The notes under the pieces are model-generated. The model saw only the letters and a list, made by a program, of their open reading frames with translations. It did no database searches and had not been told where the DNA came from. A DNA stretch of 64,000 nt from the NCBI GenBank assembly GCA_045542595.1, contig JAZQLI010000026.1, positions 4,732 through 68,731 of the forward strand, read 5' to 3'. This stretch comes from Candidatus Scatosoma sp. Lineage in GTDB: Bacteria > Bacillota > Clostridia > Christensenellales > Borkfalkiaceae. Within the stretch, counting starts at the first letter, position 1, and every line of letters begins with the position of its first letter. Positions 1 to 8,286 of the stretch are shown here, piece by piece. The translations under genes were made by a program, and so were the position numbers.

Positions 1-690
1 ATTACGGCGGCGGAGCAACAAACTATGAACTATTATATGAACGTTACCAACTTCGCCCGCTCGGATATGGGGCGCAAACTCTATCAAGAAATTGCGCTTG
101 TGGAAGAAGAACACGTTACGCAGTACGAATCGCTTATGGACGCAGGCGCGACGTGGCTGGAAATGTTGCTTTGGCACGAATATTGCGAGTGCTATTTATA
201 TTGGTCTTGTTATATGACGGAAACGGACGCGCGTATTAAGCGGTTTTGGGAAGAAAATTTGGCGTTTGAAATTGCGCATTTGCATAAAGCTGCGGAATTG
301 TTGAAAAAGTACGAGAAAAAGGATTGGCAGGAAGTTATACCCTGCGGCGACTTCCCCGAACCCATTTCTTTGCACGAAAATATCGATTACGTGCGTAATA
401 TTTTAGGTTCTACCGTACAGTTTACGTCGGATAGGGAAGAGTATAAAAAACTCAAAGATTTACCCGACAACGCCGACTTTTTCCGTTATCAGGAAATTAT
501 CAACCCCACGCCGCAAATTGTGCCGTCCCATTGTGTCATTGAAAATTATATTTGCCGTAAGGGGTCGGATTACCGTTATCAAGTTGCGCCTAGCCCCGTA
601 GAAGAATTACGGGATAGAAGAAACGACAACACCGACGTGGGAAGAAAACCCAACGCGGCATCTTCTACCGATTTTACTTGTAATAAATAA
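1..690 (+). CDS. ferritin-like / rubrerythrin-superfamily domain protein (5' partial)
   Basis: Frame 1 is open from nt 1 (ITAAEQQT precedes the first Met at 25), so the true start lies upstream of the window. The E..EEH and E..H helices (LVEEEHVTQYESL, FEIAHLHKAAELL) are typical of diiron four-helix-bundle proteins. Confidence 0.5.
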   Translation: MTAAEQQTMNYYMNVTNFARSDMGRKLYQEIALVEEEHVTQYESLMDAGATWLEMLLWHEYCECYLYWSCYMTETDARIKRFWEENLAFEIAHLHKAAELLKKYEKKDWQEVIPCGDFPEPISLHENIDYVRNILGSTVQFTSDREEYKKLKDLPDNADFFRYQEIINPTPQIVPSHCVIENYICRKGSDYRYQVAPSPVEELRDRRNDNTDVGRKPNAASSTDFTCNK

Positions 691-697
691 TATTTTT

Positions 698-727
698 AAA
701 CCGCTTGTTTGACAGGCGGTTTTTTTG
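698..727 (+). terminator. rho-independent terminator
   Basis: Stem aaaccgc / gcggttt with an 11-nt loop, followed by a T-tract. It starts 8 nt after the stop at 690. Confidence 0.6.
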
Positions 728-796
728 TATAAAATACAAACGTATGCTTTACATTTTCTACTCTTTTGTGGTATACTGTAAAAAAGGAGAATGCAA

Positions 797-1666
797 ATGA
801 CGGATTGTATTATTATCGGCAGCGGTGTAGCGGGTATTTCTGCCGCGCTTACTCTGCAGGCAAACGGAAAAAGTTTTCTTATATTCGGCTCTACAAATTT
901 ATCCGAAAAGATAGCTAAAGCGGAAAAAATTCATAATTATCCAGGGCTTGCGGATACTACGGGACAAGCGTTTGTCGCGGCTTTGCAAGCACAATTACGG
1001 CAAGCGGAAATTGCCGTAAAAGAAGAAAAGGTATCGGGCGTGTACGCGTTGAACGGAAAATTCGGCATAGCGACACAGGAAGGCGGCTATTACGAAAGCT
1101 CGTCCGTTATCCTTGCTTGCGGCGTGGAAAGCATAAAGGAAATAGAAGGGGAAACACAGTTTTTAGGGCGTGGCGTCAGTTATTGCGCTACGTGCGACGG
1201 ATTTTTATATAAGGATAAAACGGTGGCGGTGTTTTGTACCTCTAAGCGTTTAGAACACGAAGTAGAACACCTTGCGTCCTTTGCAAAAAAAGTATACCTT
1301 ATCGCTATGTATAAGGACGTGGATATTCATAAGGAAAACGTTGTGTTACTCCGTAAAATACCACTCAAAATCCAAGGCGAAAAACGTGTGGAAAACGTGG
1401 TTTTCAAGGACGAAACGCTTTCGGTGGACGGATTTTTTGCGCTGCGCGAAAGTCTTTTTCCAGCGGCGCTTATGGCAGGATTACAAACAGAAGAAGGACA
1501 TATTATGGTTGCGCGAAATATGCAAACGAATTTTGAAGGTTGCTATGCCGCAGGCGATTGCACGGGCAGACCGTATCAATACGCCAAAGCGGTAGGCGAA
1601 GGGAACGTGGCGGCGCACGCGGTGAGCGCGTACGTTAGTGAAAAGCAAAAGGCGAAAAAGGAATAA
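797..1666 (+). CDS. thioredoxin-reductase-like FAD flavoprotein lacking the canonical NADPH-binding motifs
   Basis: N-terminal GSGVAGISAA FAD-binding motif, redox-active CATC (nt 1184-1195) and C-terminal AAGD motif match the low-Mr TrxR fold. A GGAGA RBS lies 6 nt before ATG 797; ATG 791 abuts the RBS. The expected GGGNxA and HRRxxxR motifs are replaced (see findings). Confidence 0.75.
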   Translation: MTDCIIIGSGVAGISAALTLQANGKSFLIFGSTNLSEKIAKAEKIHNYPGLADTTGQAFVAALQAQLRQAEIAVKEEKVSGVYALNGKFGIATQEGGYYESSSVILACGVESIKEIEGETQFLGRGVSYCATCDGFLYKDKTVAVFCTSKRLEHEVEHLASFAKKVYLIAMYKDVDIHKENVVLLRKIPLKIQGEKRVENVVFKDETLSVDGFFALRESLFPAALMAGLQTEEGHIMVARNMQTNFEGCYAAGDCTGRPYQYAKAVGEGNVAAHAVSAYVSEKQKAKKE

Positions 1667-1684
1667 ATAGCAATAGGAGAGCGT

Positions 1685-2953
1685 ATGAAAGGGCGTGAAA
1701 GGGTAATTTTACACTCCGATTTAAATAATTTTTTTGCGTCGGTAGAGATTGCGCTTTTCCCCGAGTATAAAGGGAAACCCCTAATCGTATGCGGCGATCC
1801 GAAAGAACGGCACGGTATCGTACTCGCAAAAAACGAAGAAGCAAAAAAATACGGTATCAAAACGGCGGAAACCGTGTATTCCGCTATGAAAAAATGTCCC
1901 AAATTGCTCAAAGTACCGTCGCATTTTTCCGAATATAAACGGTATTCGCGCTTGGTAAAAGAAATTTACGGACGGTTTACCGAAAAAATAGAAGAATGCA
2001 GCATTGACGAGTGTGCGTTAGACGTAACGGAAAGCGTGCAATTATTCGGTTCAGGGGAAGAAATCGCACAAAAAATCCGCGCCGCTGTAAAAGAAGAGCT
2101 GGGGTTAACCGTTTCTATTGGGGTTAGCTTTAATAAGGTTTTTGCAAAGCTCGCTTCCGAACTGAAAAAACCGGACGCCGTTACCGTTATTTCCAAAGAG
2201 AATTATAAAGAAAAAGTGTATCCTTTACCCGTATCCCATTTATGGCTTGTCGGGGGGGCAACCGAGCGTACGTTGCACGGCTTGGGCATTACTACGATAG
2301 GAGATTTGGCTAATGCAGACGAAACGCTTTTACTGCGTTTTTTAGGAAAACGCGGTGGGCAGGTACGCATTTACGCGCGCGGAGAAGACGAAGAGCCCGT
2401 AAAATGGGAGAAACGGAAAGAAGACTTAAAGTCGGTGGGGAACTCGTCCACGCTACCGCACGACGTAACGGACAGGGGCGAAATTAAGCGTTGGTTTTAC
2501 GTACTTTCGGAGAGTGTTGCAGCACGGCTTAAAGAAGCGGACGTGGGACGGGCGAATACGGTACACGTCGTTGTGCGAAACGAACGTTTGGAAGACGTTA
2601 CCTTTCAAACGAAAATACCACCTACAACTCTTTGCGGCGATATTGCAAAAACGGCGTTTAATTTGTTTTGTGCGCATTATCCTTTGGGGGCGAAAGTGCG
2701 TATGTTAGGGGTAACCGTTTCGGGGTTTGATTATAACGTACGCCAACTTACGATAGGCGAAGCGGTAGGTGCGGCAAGCTATGAAAAGAAAGAACGCGCG
2801 GAAAACGCCGTGGCAAAACTCCGCGAAAAATACGGTTATGCAACCTTGCAGCGCGGCGTTGTGTTTAAAGACGAGCGTTTGGGCGGGTTGGATATTAAGG
2901 CGCAAAAAGAAGAAAAAATTTCCAAATTAGAAAATAGTACAAAAAAAGAATAA
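1685..2953 (+). CDS. dinB: DNA polymerase IV (Y-family translesion polymerase)
   Basis: The N-terminal ILHSDLNNFFASVE motif, SIDECALDV and length of about 420 aa are characteristic of DinB/IMS-family polymerases. Confidence 0.9.
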   Translation: MKGRERVILHSDLNNFFASVEIALFPEYKGKPLIVCGDPKERHGIVLAKNEEAKKYGIKTAETVYSAMKKCPKLLKVPSHFSEYKRYSRLVKEIYGRFTEKIEECSIDECALDVTESVQLFGSGEEIAQKIRAAVKEELGLTVSIGVSFNKVFAKLASELKKPDAVTVISKENYKEKVYPLPVSHLWLVGGATERTLHGLGITTIGDLANADETLLLRFLGKRGGQVRIYARGEDEEPVKWEKRKEDLKSVGNSSTLPHDVTDRGEIKRWFYVLSESVAARLKEADVGRANTVHVVVRNERLEDVTFQTKIPPTTLCGDIAKTAFNLFCAHYPLGAKVRMLGVTVSGFDYNVRQLTIGEAVGAASYEKKERAENAVAKLREKYGYATLQRGVVFKDERLGGLDIKAQKEEKISKLENSTKKE

Positions 2954-3018
2954 GTATCTTTCCTTTGCCGATACTGTTTCTATCGGCGGAAAAATACTTT
3001 TTTCGCTTGTTTATAAAA

Positions 3019-3061
3019 GAACCGCCAACAGCCGAAAGGCTTTTGACGGTTCCTGTTTTTT
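3019..3061. terminator. bidirectional hairpin terminator between dinB (+) and ffs (-)
   Basis: Outer stem gaaccg (3019-3024) / cggttc (3047-3052) with an inner agcc-gaaa-ggct hairpin. It is followed by T-runs on both strands. Confidence 0.55.
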
Positions 3062-3085
3062 AAGGGGTATTTGACAAAATAAAAA

Positions 3086-3354
3086 CTGCGCGAGCCCTTT
3101 TTTGCCGAACCGCACCGAAGCGGAAACGCCGCAGGTAACTCCTGCAAAGCTACCTTATGGCACACGCAAACAATCCGCTTAGTGCTGCTACGTTCCCGTC
3201 CTGACACGGTTCACGGCATTGCGTTGCATAAGACCTTGCTATCAACGTCCCTTACGGCGCGCGGCCTTCCATACGTTTCGTCGGAAAAGGCGTTCGGCTC
3301 TGATATAGCGGATTTCAGATTCAGGGTGCCGCTACCTCCCCGCCCACGCGCAGC
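3086..3354 (-). ncRNA. ffs: signal recognition particle RNA, large Bacillus-type with Alu domain (scRNA)
   Basis: The reverse complement reads GCUGCGCGUGGGCGGGGAGGUAGCGGCACCCUGAAUCUGAAAUCCGCU...GUGAACCGUGUCAGGACGGGAACGUAGCAGCACUAAG...GGGCUCGCGCAG. It matches the B. subtilis scRNA 5' Alu-domain block (GCGGGGAGGUAGCGGUGCCCUG) and the domain IV motif (GUCAGGUCCGGAAGGAAGCAGC). The 5' GCUGCGCG pairs with the 3' CGCGCAG. Length is about 269 nt. Confidence 0.9.
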
Positions 3355-3360
3355 TTTTAT

Positions 3361-3389
3361 ATTATACATCATTCATTTGAGAAAAGCAA
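3361..3389 (-). promoter_or_regulatory. sigma-A type promoter of ffs
   Basis: On the minus strand: TTGCTT (3389-3384), a 17-nt spacer, then TATAAT (3366-3361). The predicted RNA 5' G at 3354 lies 7 nt downstream. Confidence 0.6.
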
Positions 3390-3503
3390 CCGTTTTCAAG
3401 CTGTTTTTTTATGGAACGTGGTTATTTGCGTTAAAAAAGAAGACAACTTTTTGCCGAAAACAGATAAATTTCTCGCGCGTAGCATATTTGCTATGCAAAT
3501 ATA

Positions 3504-3532
3504 TTGACAAAATTTTCCTAAAAGAGTATAAT
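3504..3532 (+). promoter_or_regulatory. sigma-A type promoter for the mrp-like gene
   Basis: Consensus TTGACA (3504-3509), a 17-nt spacer, then TATAAT (3527-3532). An AAAGGAG RBS precedes ATG 3561. Confidence 0.6.
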
Positions 3533-3560
3533 AATCGGTGAATGAAAAGGAGTAAAAAGT

Positions 3561-4403
3561 ATGGCAGAAAATTGTAATCATAATTGTTCTTCGTGCTCGG
3601 CTACTTGCGCTTCGCGTAAAAAAGAGAGTATGTTAAAAGAACCGCACAAAAAATCTTCTATCAAAAAGGTAATCGGTATCGTTAGCGGTAAAGGCGGCGT
3701 GGGGAAATCACTCACTACGTCGTTGCTTGCGGCACTTGCGCAAAAGAAAGGCAACTCGGTAGGGATTATGGACGCAGATATTACAGGTCCGTCCATACCG
3801 CATATGTTTGGCGTAACCGAGCGTGCAACGGGCAGTGAAGAAGGCATCAACACCGTTTTATCGCCGTCGGGTATGCAACTAATGTCTATGAATTTACTGT
3901 TGGACGAAGCTACTACGCCCGTCGTTTGGCGCGGTATGGTTATTTCGGGCACGGTAATGCAATTTTGGACGGACGTTATTTGGAAGGACGTCGATTTGCT
4001 GTTTATCGATATGCCGCCGGGAACGGGCGACGTACCCCTTACGGTGTTTCAAAGTATTCCCATTGCAGGTATCGTTATTGTAACCACTCCGCAAGATTTG
4101 GTAAAAATGGTAGTAGAAAAAGCGGTTAATATGGCGAATATGATGCACGTGCCCGTATTGGGCTTGGTAGAAAATATGAGCTATCTTACCTGTCCCGATT
4201 GCGGCAAGAAAATAGAAGTATTTGGGCAAAGTAAGGCAAAGAATATTGCAAGCGCATACGCCATTCCTGCAATAGCGCGTATGCCGTTAGACGCAAAAAT
4301 TTCACAGCTTGCCGACGCAGGTCGTATAGAAGATTACGACGGTTCGGCTTTACAGGACATCTTAACGCAAATTGAAAAGGCTACGCCGCGCCAAGCAGAA
4401 TAA
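3561..4403 (+). CDS. Mrp/NBP35 (ApbC-like) P-loop ATPase, Fe-S cluster carrier family
   Basis: Deviant Walker A GKGGVGKS, an N-terminal Cys cluster CNHNCSSCSATC, and a CPDCG motif. Length is 280 aa. Confidence 0.85.
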   Translation: MAENCNHNCSSCSATCASRKKESMLKEPHKKSSIKKVIGIVSGKGGVGKSLTTSLLAALAQKKGNSVGIMDADITGPSIPHMFGVTERATGSEEGINTVLSPSGMQLMSMNLLLDEATTPVVWRGMVISGTVMQFWTDVIWKDVDLLFIDMPPGTGDVPLTVFQSIPIAGIVIVTTPQDLVKMVVEKAVNMANMMHVPVLGLVENMSYLTCPDCGKKIEVFGQSKAKNIASAYAIPAIARMPLDAKISQLADAGRIEDYDGSALQDILTQIEKATPRQAE

Positions 4404-4445
4404 GCGGAGCAAGCAGAACAAATAAAAGCGTTACAAAGGAAGAGT

Positions 4446-5489
4446 ATGAATTACGCAGGAAAAAGGGAGAAAGCCATAAAAAAGAAAAGGATAGCGTATC
4501 TTGTTATCAGCATTATCGCGTTTATCGCAATTGCGATTCTTGTTGGCTATTCCTTTATTTCCAACGCATCGCAATGGAAGTATAATGTGCTTTTGCCCAG
4601 CGTAGAAAAGCGTGGCGAAAACGAACTGCGTATTCATTATATCGACGTAGGACAAGGCGACGCTACTTTGATAGAGTTACCCGACGGCAAAGTTATGCTC
4701 ATTGACGGCGGCGACGGTTCGGAAGAAGCCAACTATGCGCTGTTGCGTTATTTAAATGCGTTGGAAATAGAAACGATTGATTATCTCGTGGCAACGCACG
4801 CTGATGCCGACCATTGCGGCGGCTTAGCGGAAGTGCTAAACTACAAACGGGTGGAACGCGCTTTCTTGCCGATTGTACCGTCTTCCACCGAAGATGAATT
4901 AGACGTAGACGGTGCGGCATATCAAACGTTTTTCACGGCGTTGCAAAGGGAAAACTGCACGCAAGAATTTTCCCGTCGGGAAATTACGTTAAGCGTGCTA
5001 GACGGAGAAACGCCGTATACGCTTGCGTTTTTATATCCCTATACCGTTGACGGGGAGAAACCGGATGATAGCAACGTATCTTCTAACGATTCTTCTTGCG
5101 TAATTTGGTTAGATTATAAAGGAGTAAGCGCCATATTTACAGGCGATATCAGTGATACAATAGAACGCAGGCTTGTGAAAGAGAGTCAGTTAGGCTTTTC
5201 CAGAAAAGACGTCAATCTTTCTTCTACGGAAATATTCAAGGTGGCGCATCACGGCAGTAACAGTTCTACTTGCGCGGAATGGCTTGCGTATTTGAGCGAA
5301 GGGATTACGGGAACGCAAACGGCGGTAATTTCCTGCGGTGAAAATAACGTGTACGGACATCCGTCGATAGAAGTGAGTCAGCGGTTGTTGGCGGCGGAAG
5401 TGGACGTTTACCGTACCGATTTAGACGGAACGGTAATGATAACGGTATCCGCGGAAGGCGCGTACGCCGTATCAACACAACAAAAATAA
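4446..5489 (+). CDS. membrane-anchored ComEC/Rec2-type metallo-beta-lactamase fold hydrolase (stand-alone C-terminal domain)
   Basis: One N-terminal TM helix, then HYIDVGQGDATLIELPDGKVMLIDGG and ATHADADHCGG (the HxHxDH-type MBL motif), then KVAHHGS. Confidence 0.75.
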   Translation: MNYAGKREKAIKKKRIAYLVISIIAFIAIAILVGYSFISNASQWKYNVLLPSVEKRGENELRIHYIDVGQGDATLIELPDGKVMLIDGGDGSEEANYALLRYLNALEIETIDYLVATHADADHCGGLAEVLNYKRVERAFLPIVPSSTEDELDVDGAAYQTFFTALQRENCTQEFSRREITLSVLDGETPYTLAFLYPYTVDGEKPDDSNVSSNDSSCVIWLDYKGVSAIFTGDISDTIERRLVKESQLGFSRKDVNLSSTEIFKVAHHGSNSSTCAEWLAYLSEGITGTQTAVISCGENNVYGHPSIEVSQRLLAAEVDVYRTDLDGTVMITVSAEGAYAVSTQQK

Positions 5490-5592
5490 CACAGTTTTCC
5501 GCATAATTTCACTTTGTTTTCATTGTAATACGGAAAAAAGTTTGATATAATATACAGGAAGGATACTTTCGTACTCATACGGAAAGATAAAG

Positions 5593-7476
5593 ATGGCGGC
5601 AATAGAATTTGAAAAGGTACATTTTTCTTATACGGACGGAGAAGACGCAAACGATTTGTTTGCGTCCGCTACGTCGTTTGCTTTGGACGGAGTAGATTTA
5701 ACGATAAACGAAGGGGACTTCGTTGCCGTATTAGGACATAACGGAAGCGGTAAATCTACCTTAGCGCGCCTTGCAAACGGCTTGCTTACGCCCACCAGCG
5801 GAACAATTCACGTGTTGGGTATGGACGCTACCGACGAGAAAAATTTATTTGAAATACGCAAAAACGTAGGTATCGTGTTCCAAAATCCCGATAACCAAAC
5901 GGTGGCTTCTATCGTGGAAGACGACGTGGCGTTTGGGCCAGAAAACGTGGGGATTCCGCGCGAAGAAATAGGCGAACGCATTACGTTTGCCCTGCAAGCG
6001 GTGGGTATGGAAAAGTATCGCCATTCCACAACGACTCGTCTTTCGGGTGGACAAAAACAACGTATTGCTATAGCAGGTGTGTTGGCATTAAAACCGAAAA
6101 TTATGATTTTAGACGAAGCGACGGCAATGCTTGACCCCCGTGGCAGAAAAGAAGTTATCGACGTGGTAAAAAAGCTCAATCGCGACGAAAAAATAACGGT
6201 ATTACTCATTACGCATTTCCCCGAAGAAGCATTGCTTGCGGATAGAGCGATGGTAATCAGTCGTGGTAAAATTGTGGCGCAAGGTACACCGCAGGAGATA
6301 TTATCGCAGTCCGATTGCTTAAAAGATAGCGGACTTGTTGCGCCCCGTTCCATTCGAATTTGCCGCGCATTAAAAGCGCACGGAGTAGACGTTGCCGACG
6401 TGTTTTCGGAAGAAGCGCTTGCCGACGAAATTGCAAAAGCGACGAAAACTTGTAAAGCGGAAAACGTTTCCTTGCCCGAAAAAAAGACGGAAAATCGTAT
6501 ACAAAACAATGAAATAATAGGCAACGTACTTTGTGAAAATTTATCGTATACCTATAATCCTTCTTCGCCGTTTGAAACGCACGCGTTAAACGGAGTGGAT
6601 TTGCAAATAAAAAGCGGCTCGTTTTTTGGAGTATTAGGGCATACGGGCAGCGGAAAATCGACGTTTGTGCAGCATTTGAACGCATTGCTTAAATTGCCGA
6701 CGGCGGAAAAGAAATATAAGCCGAAAAAACTTAAAAAAGGGGAAGCTGTACCCCCTAAAACCGTGCTCACGGTAAACGGATTTGATTTAACGGATAAAAC
6801 TACCGATTTTAAAGCTTTGCGCAAAAAGGTGGGTATGGTGTTCCAGTATCCCGAATATCAGCTTTTTGCCGAAACGGTATTCGACGACGTGGCGTTTGGG
6901 CTTCGTAATTACGCGCCCGAGCTTTCGGAAGAAGAAGTACAAACCGCCGTACGCGAAGCGTTGGAAACGGTAGGGCTTTCGTTTGAAGAAGTGAAAACCC
7001 GTTCCCCGTTCGAACTTTCGGGTGGGCAAAAACGCAGAGTAGCCATTGCAGGCGTTATCGTAACCAAGCCTGAAATTCTTGTTTTGGACGAGCCTGCGTC
7101 AGGGTTAGACCCGCTTGGCAAGGAAGATATTATGCGCCTTTTGCATACGATACATTCTAAGTGGTGCAAAACGGTGATTATCGTTTCGCACGATATGGAC
7201 GAAATCGCGGAAAATTGTACGGGTGCGGCAATTTTTTCAAACGGAAAAATTTTGGCAACGGATGCGCCGAAGCGTTTGTTTGCCGATACGGCTTTGTTGC
7301 AATCGGTAGGGCTGGACGTTCCCTTTACGGCAAAGACGGCGGCGGCTTTGAAAGAACGTGGGTGTCCTATCGATTGTGATTTTACCACGGATAATTTTAT
7401 TTATCAAACGTTAAAATATATAAAAGCGGCAGGGGCAGGTACGCAATTACCGTTAAAGGGGGAAAGCCATGCTTGA
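5593..7476 (+). CDS. ecfA: fused energy-coupling-factor transporter ATPase (EcfA1-EcfA2 in one polypeptide)
   Basis: Two complete ABC cassettes. The first has GHNGSGKST / LSGGQKQR / ILDEAT (aa 48-180). The second has GHTGSGKST / LSGGQKRR / LVLDEP (aa 349 onward). A linker of about 30 aa joins them. ecfT follows immediately. Confidence 0.85.
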   Translation: MAAIEFEKVHFSYTDGEDANDLFASATSFALDGVDLTINEGDFVAVLGHNGSGKSTLARLANGLLTPTSGTIHVLGMDATDEKNLFEIRKNVGIVFQNPDNQTVASIVEDDVAFGPENVGIPREEIGERITFALQAVGMEKYRHSTTTRLSGGQKQRIAIAGVLALKPKIMILDEATAMLDPRGRKEVIDVVKKLNRDEKITVLLITHFPEEALLADRAMVISRGKIVAQGTPQEILSQSDCLKDSGLVAPRSIRICRALKAHGVDVADVFSEEALADEIAKATKTCKAENVSLPEKKTENRIQNNEIIGNVLCENLSYTYNPSSPFETHALNGVDLQIKSGSFFGVLGHTGSGKSTFVQHLNALLKLPTAEKKYKPKKLKKGEAVPPKTVLTVNGFDLTDKTTDFKALRKKVGMVFQYPEYQLFAETVFDDVAFGLRNYAPELSEEEVQTAVREALETVGLSFEEVKTRSPFELSGGQKRRVAIAGVIVTKPEILVLDEPASGLDPLGKEDIMRLLHTIHSKWCKTVIIVSHDMDEIAENCTGAAIFSNGKILATDAPKRLFADTALLQSVGLDVPFTAKTAAALKERGCPIDCDFTTDNFIYQTLKYIKAAGAGTQLPLKGESHA

Positions 7477-8275
7477 CGTTTCTTTCGGACAGTATTACCC
7501 TGGTAACTCCTTTGTGCATAAATGCGACCCCCGTGCAAAAATACTCTTTTTAATCGTATATATCGTAGCGATATTTTTAGCCAACAGCTTTTACACACTC
7601 GGTGCGCTTGCGGCGGTATTCGTCTTTATCGCTGTGTTTTCGGGCGTGCCCTTTAAAAGTCTTGTTCGTTCGGTAAAAGCGGTTTTGTTTTTACTTGCGT
7701 TTACGGCAATTTTAAATTTATTTTTCCATTCTGGCAAAACACCCCTTTGGGAAGGGAGTTTTATCACGTACGAAGGGTTGTATTTCACTATCTTTTTAGC
7801 CGTGCGCTTGTTCCTGCTCGTGCTATCTTCCGCGCTTTTAACGCTGACGACGACGCCCGTTGCACTCACCGACGCCATAGAAAGCCTGCTTACGCCTTTA
7901 AAATGGATTCGCTTTCCCGTGCACGAGCTGGCTTTGATTATGTCTATTGCACTGCGCTTTATTCCCATTCTTACCGACGAAACGGGACGGATTATGAACG
8001 CGCAAAAAGCGCGTGGGGCAGATTTTGAGAGCGGCGGACTTTTCAAAAGAGTGAAAGCCATTTTACCCGTGCTTATTCCGCTTCTTATCAGTGCGTTCCG
8101 CCGTGCGGACGAGCTGGGCGACGCAATGGACGCGCGTTGCTATTCGGGTAGTAAAGTGCGTACGAAGTACAAAAAACTTACGCTCGGTTGGCGAGATATA
8201 ATCGTATTTTTATTACTTGCCGCGTGTCTTGGTGGCGTTATCGTAATGCGGATATATATCCCTGCGGTCATTTAA
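7469..8275 (+). CDS. ecfT: ECF transporter transmembrane component
   Basis: The GQYYPGNSFVHKCDPRAK N-terminus, a multi-pass membrane profile and the ARG..FE motif region fit EcfT. It overlaps ecfA by 8 nt and has a GGGGGA RBS. Confidence 0.85.
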   Translation: MLDVSFGQYYPGNSFVHKCDPRAKILFLIVYIVAIFLANSFYTLGALAAVFVFIAVFSGVPFKSLVRSVKAVLFLLAFTAILNLFFHSGKTPLWEGSFITYEGLYFTIFLAVRLFLLVLSSALLTLTTTPVALTDAIESLLTPLKWIRFPVHELALIMSIALRFIPILTDETGRIMNAQKARGADFESGGLFKRVKAILPVLIPLLISAFRRADELGDAMDARCYSGSKVRTKYKKLTLGWRDIIVFLLLAACLGGVIVMRIYIPAVI

Positions 8276-8286
8276 GGAGAAAGGCG

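Noticed and set aside
2980-3541. ORFs 2980..3207 (-), 3182..3541 (+) and 3396..3581 (-) in the dinB to mrp intergenic region.
   Set aside because: The SRP RNA gene, its promoter and the bidirectional terminator account for this region. The translations have no recognisable features and no RBS.
8188-8286. N-terminal extensions of track ORFs that overlap the preceding gene. These are truA from 8188, hemW from 14060, serA from 27401, hisZ from 28530, hisH from 33195, ttcA-like from 45005, the sugar SBP from 50389, the NMT1 SBP up to 56774, NUDIX from 19930, the lipid kinase from 20580 and valS from 56836.
   Set aside because: In every case an internal ATG has a proper Shine-Dalgarno sequence and coincides with the conserved N-terminus of the family or with a signal peptide. 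The extension would overlap the upstream gene by 30-150 nt.
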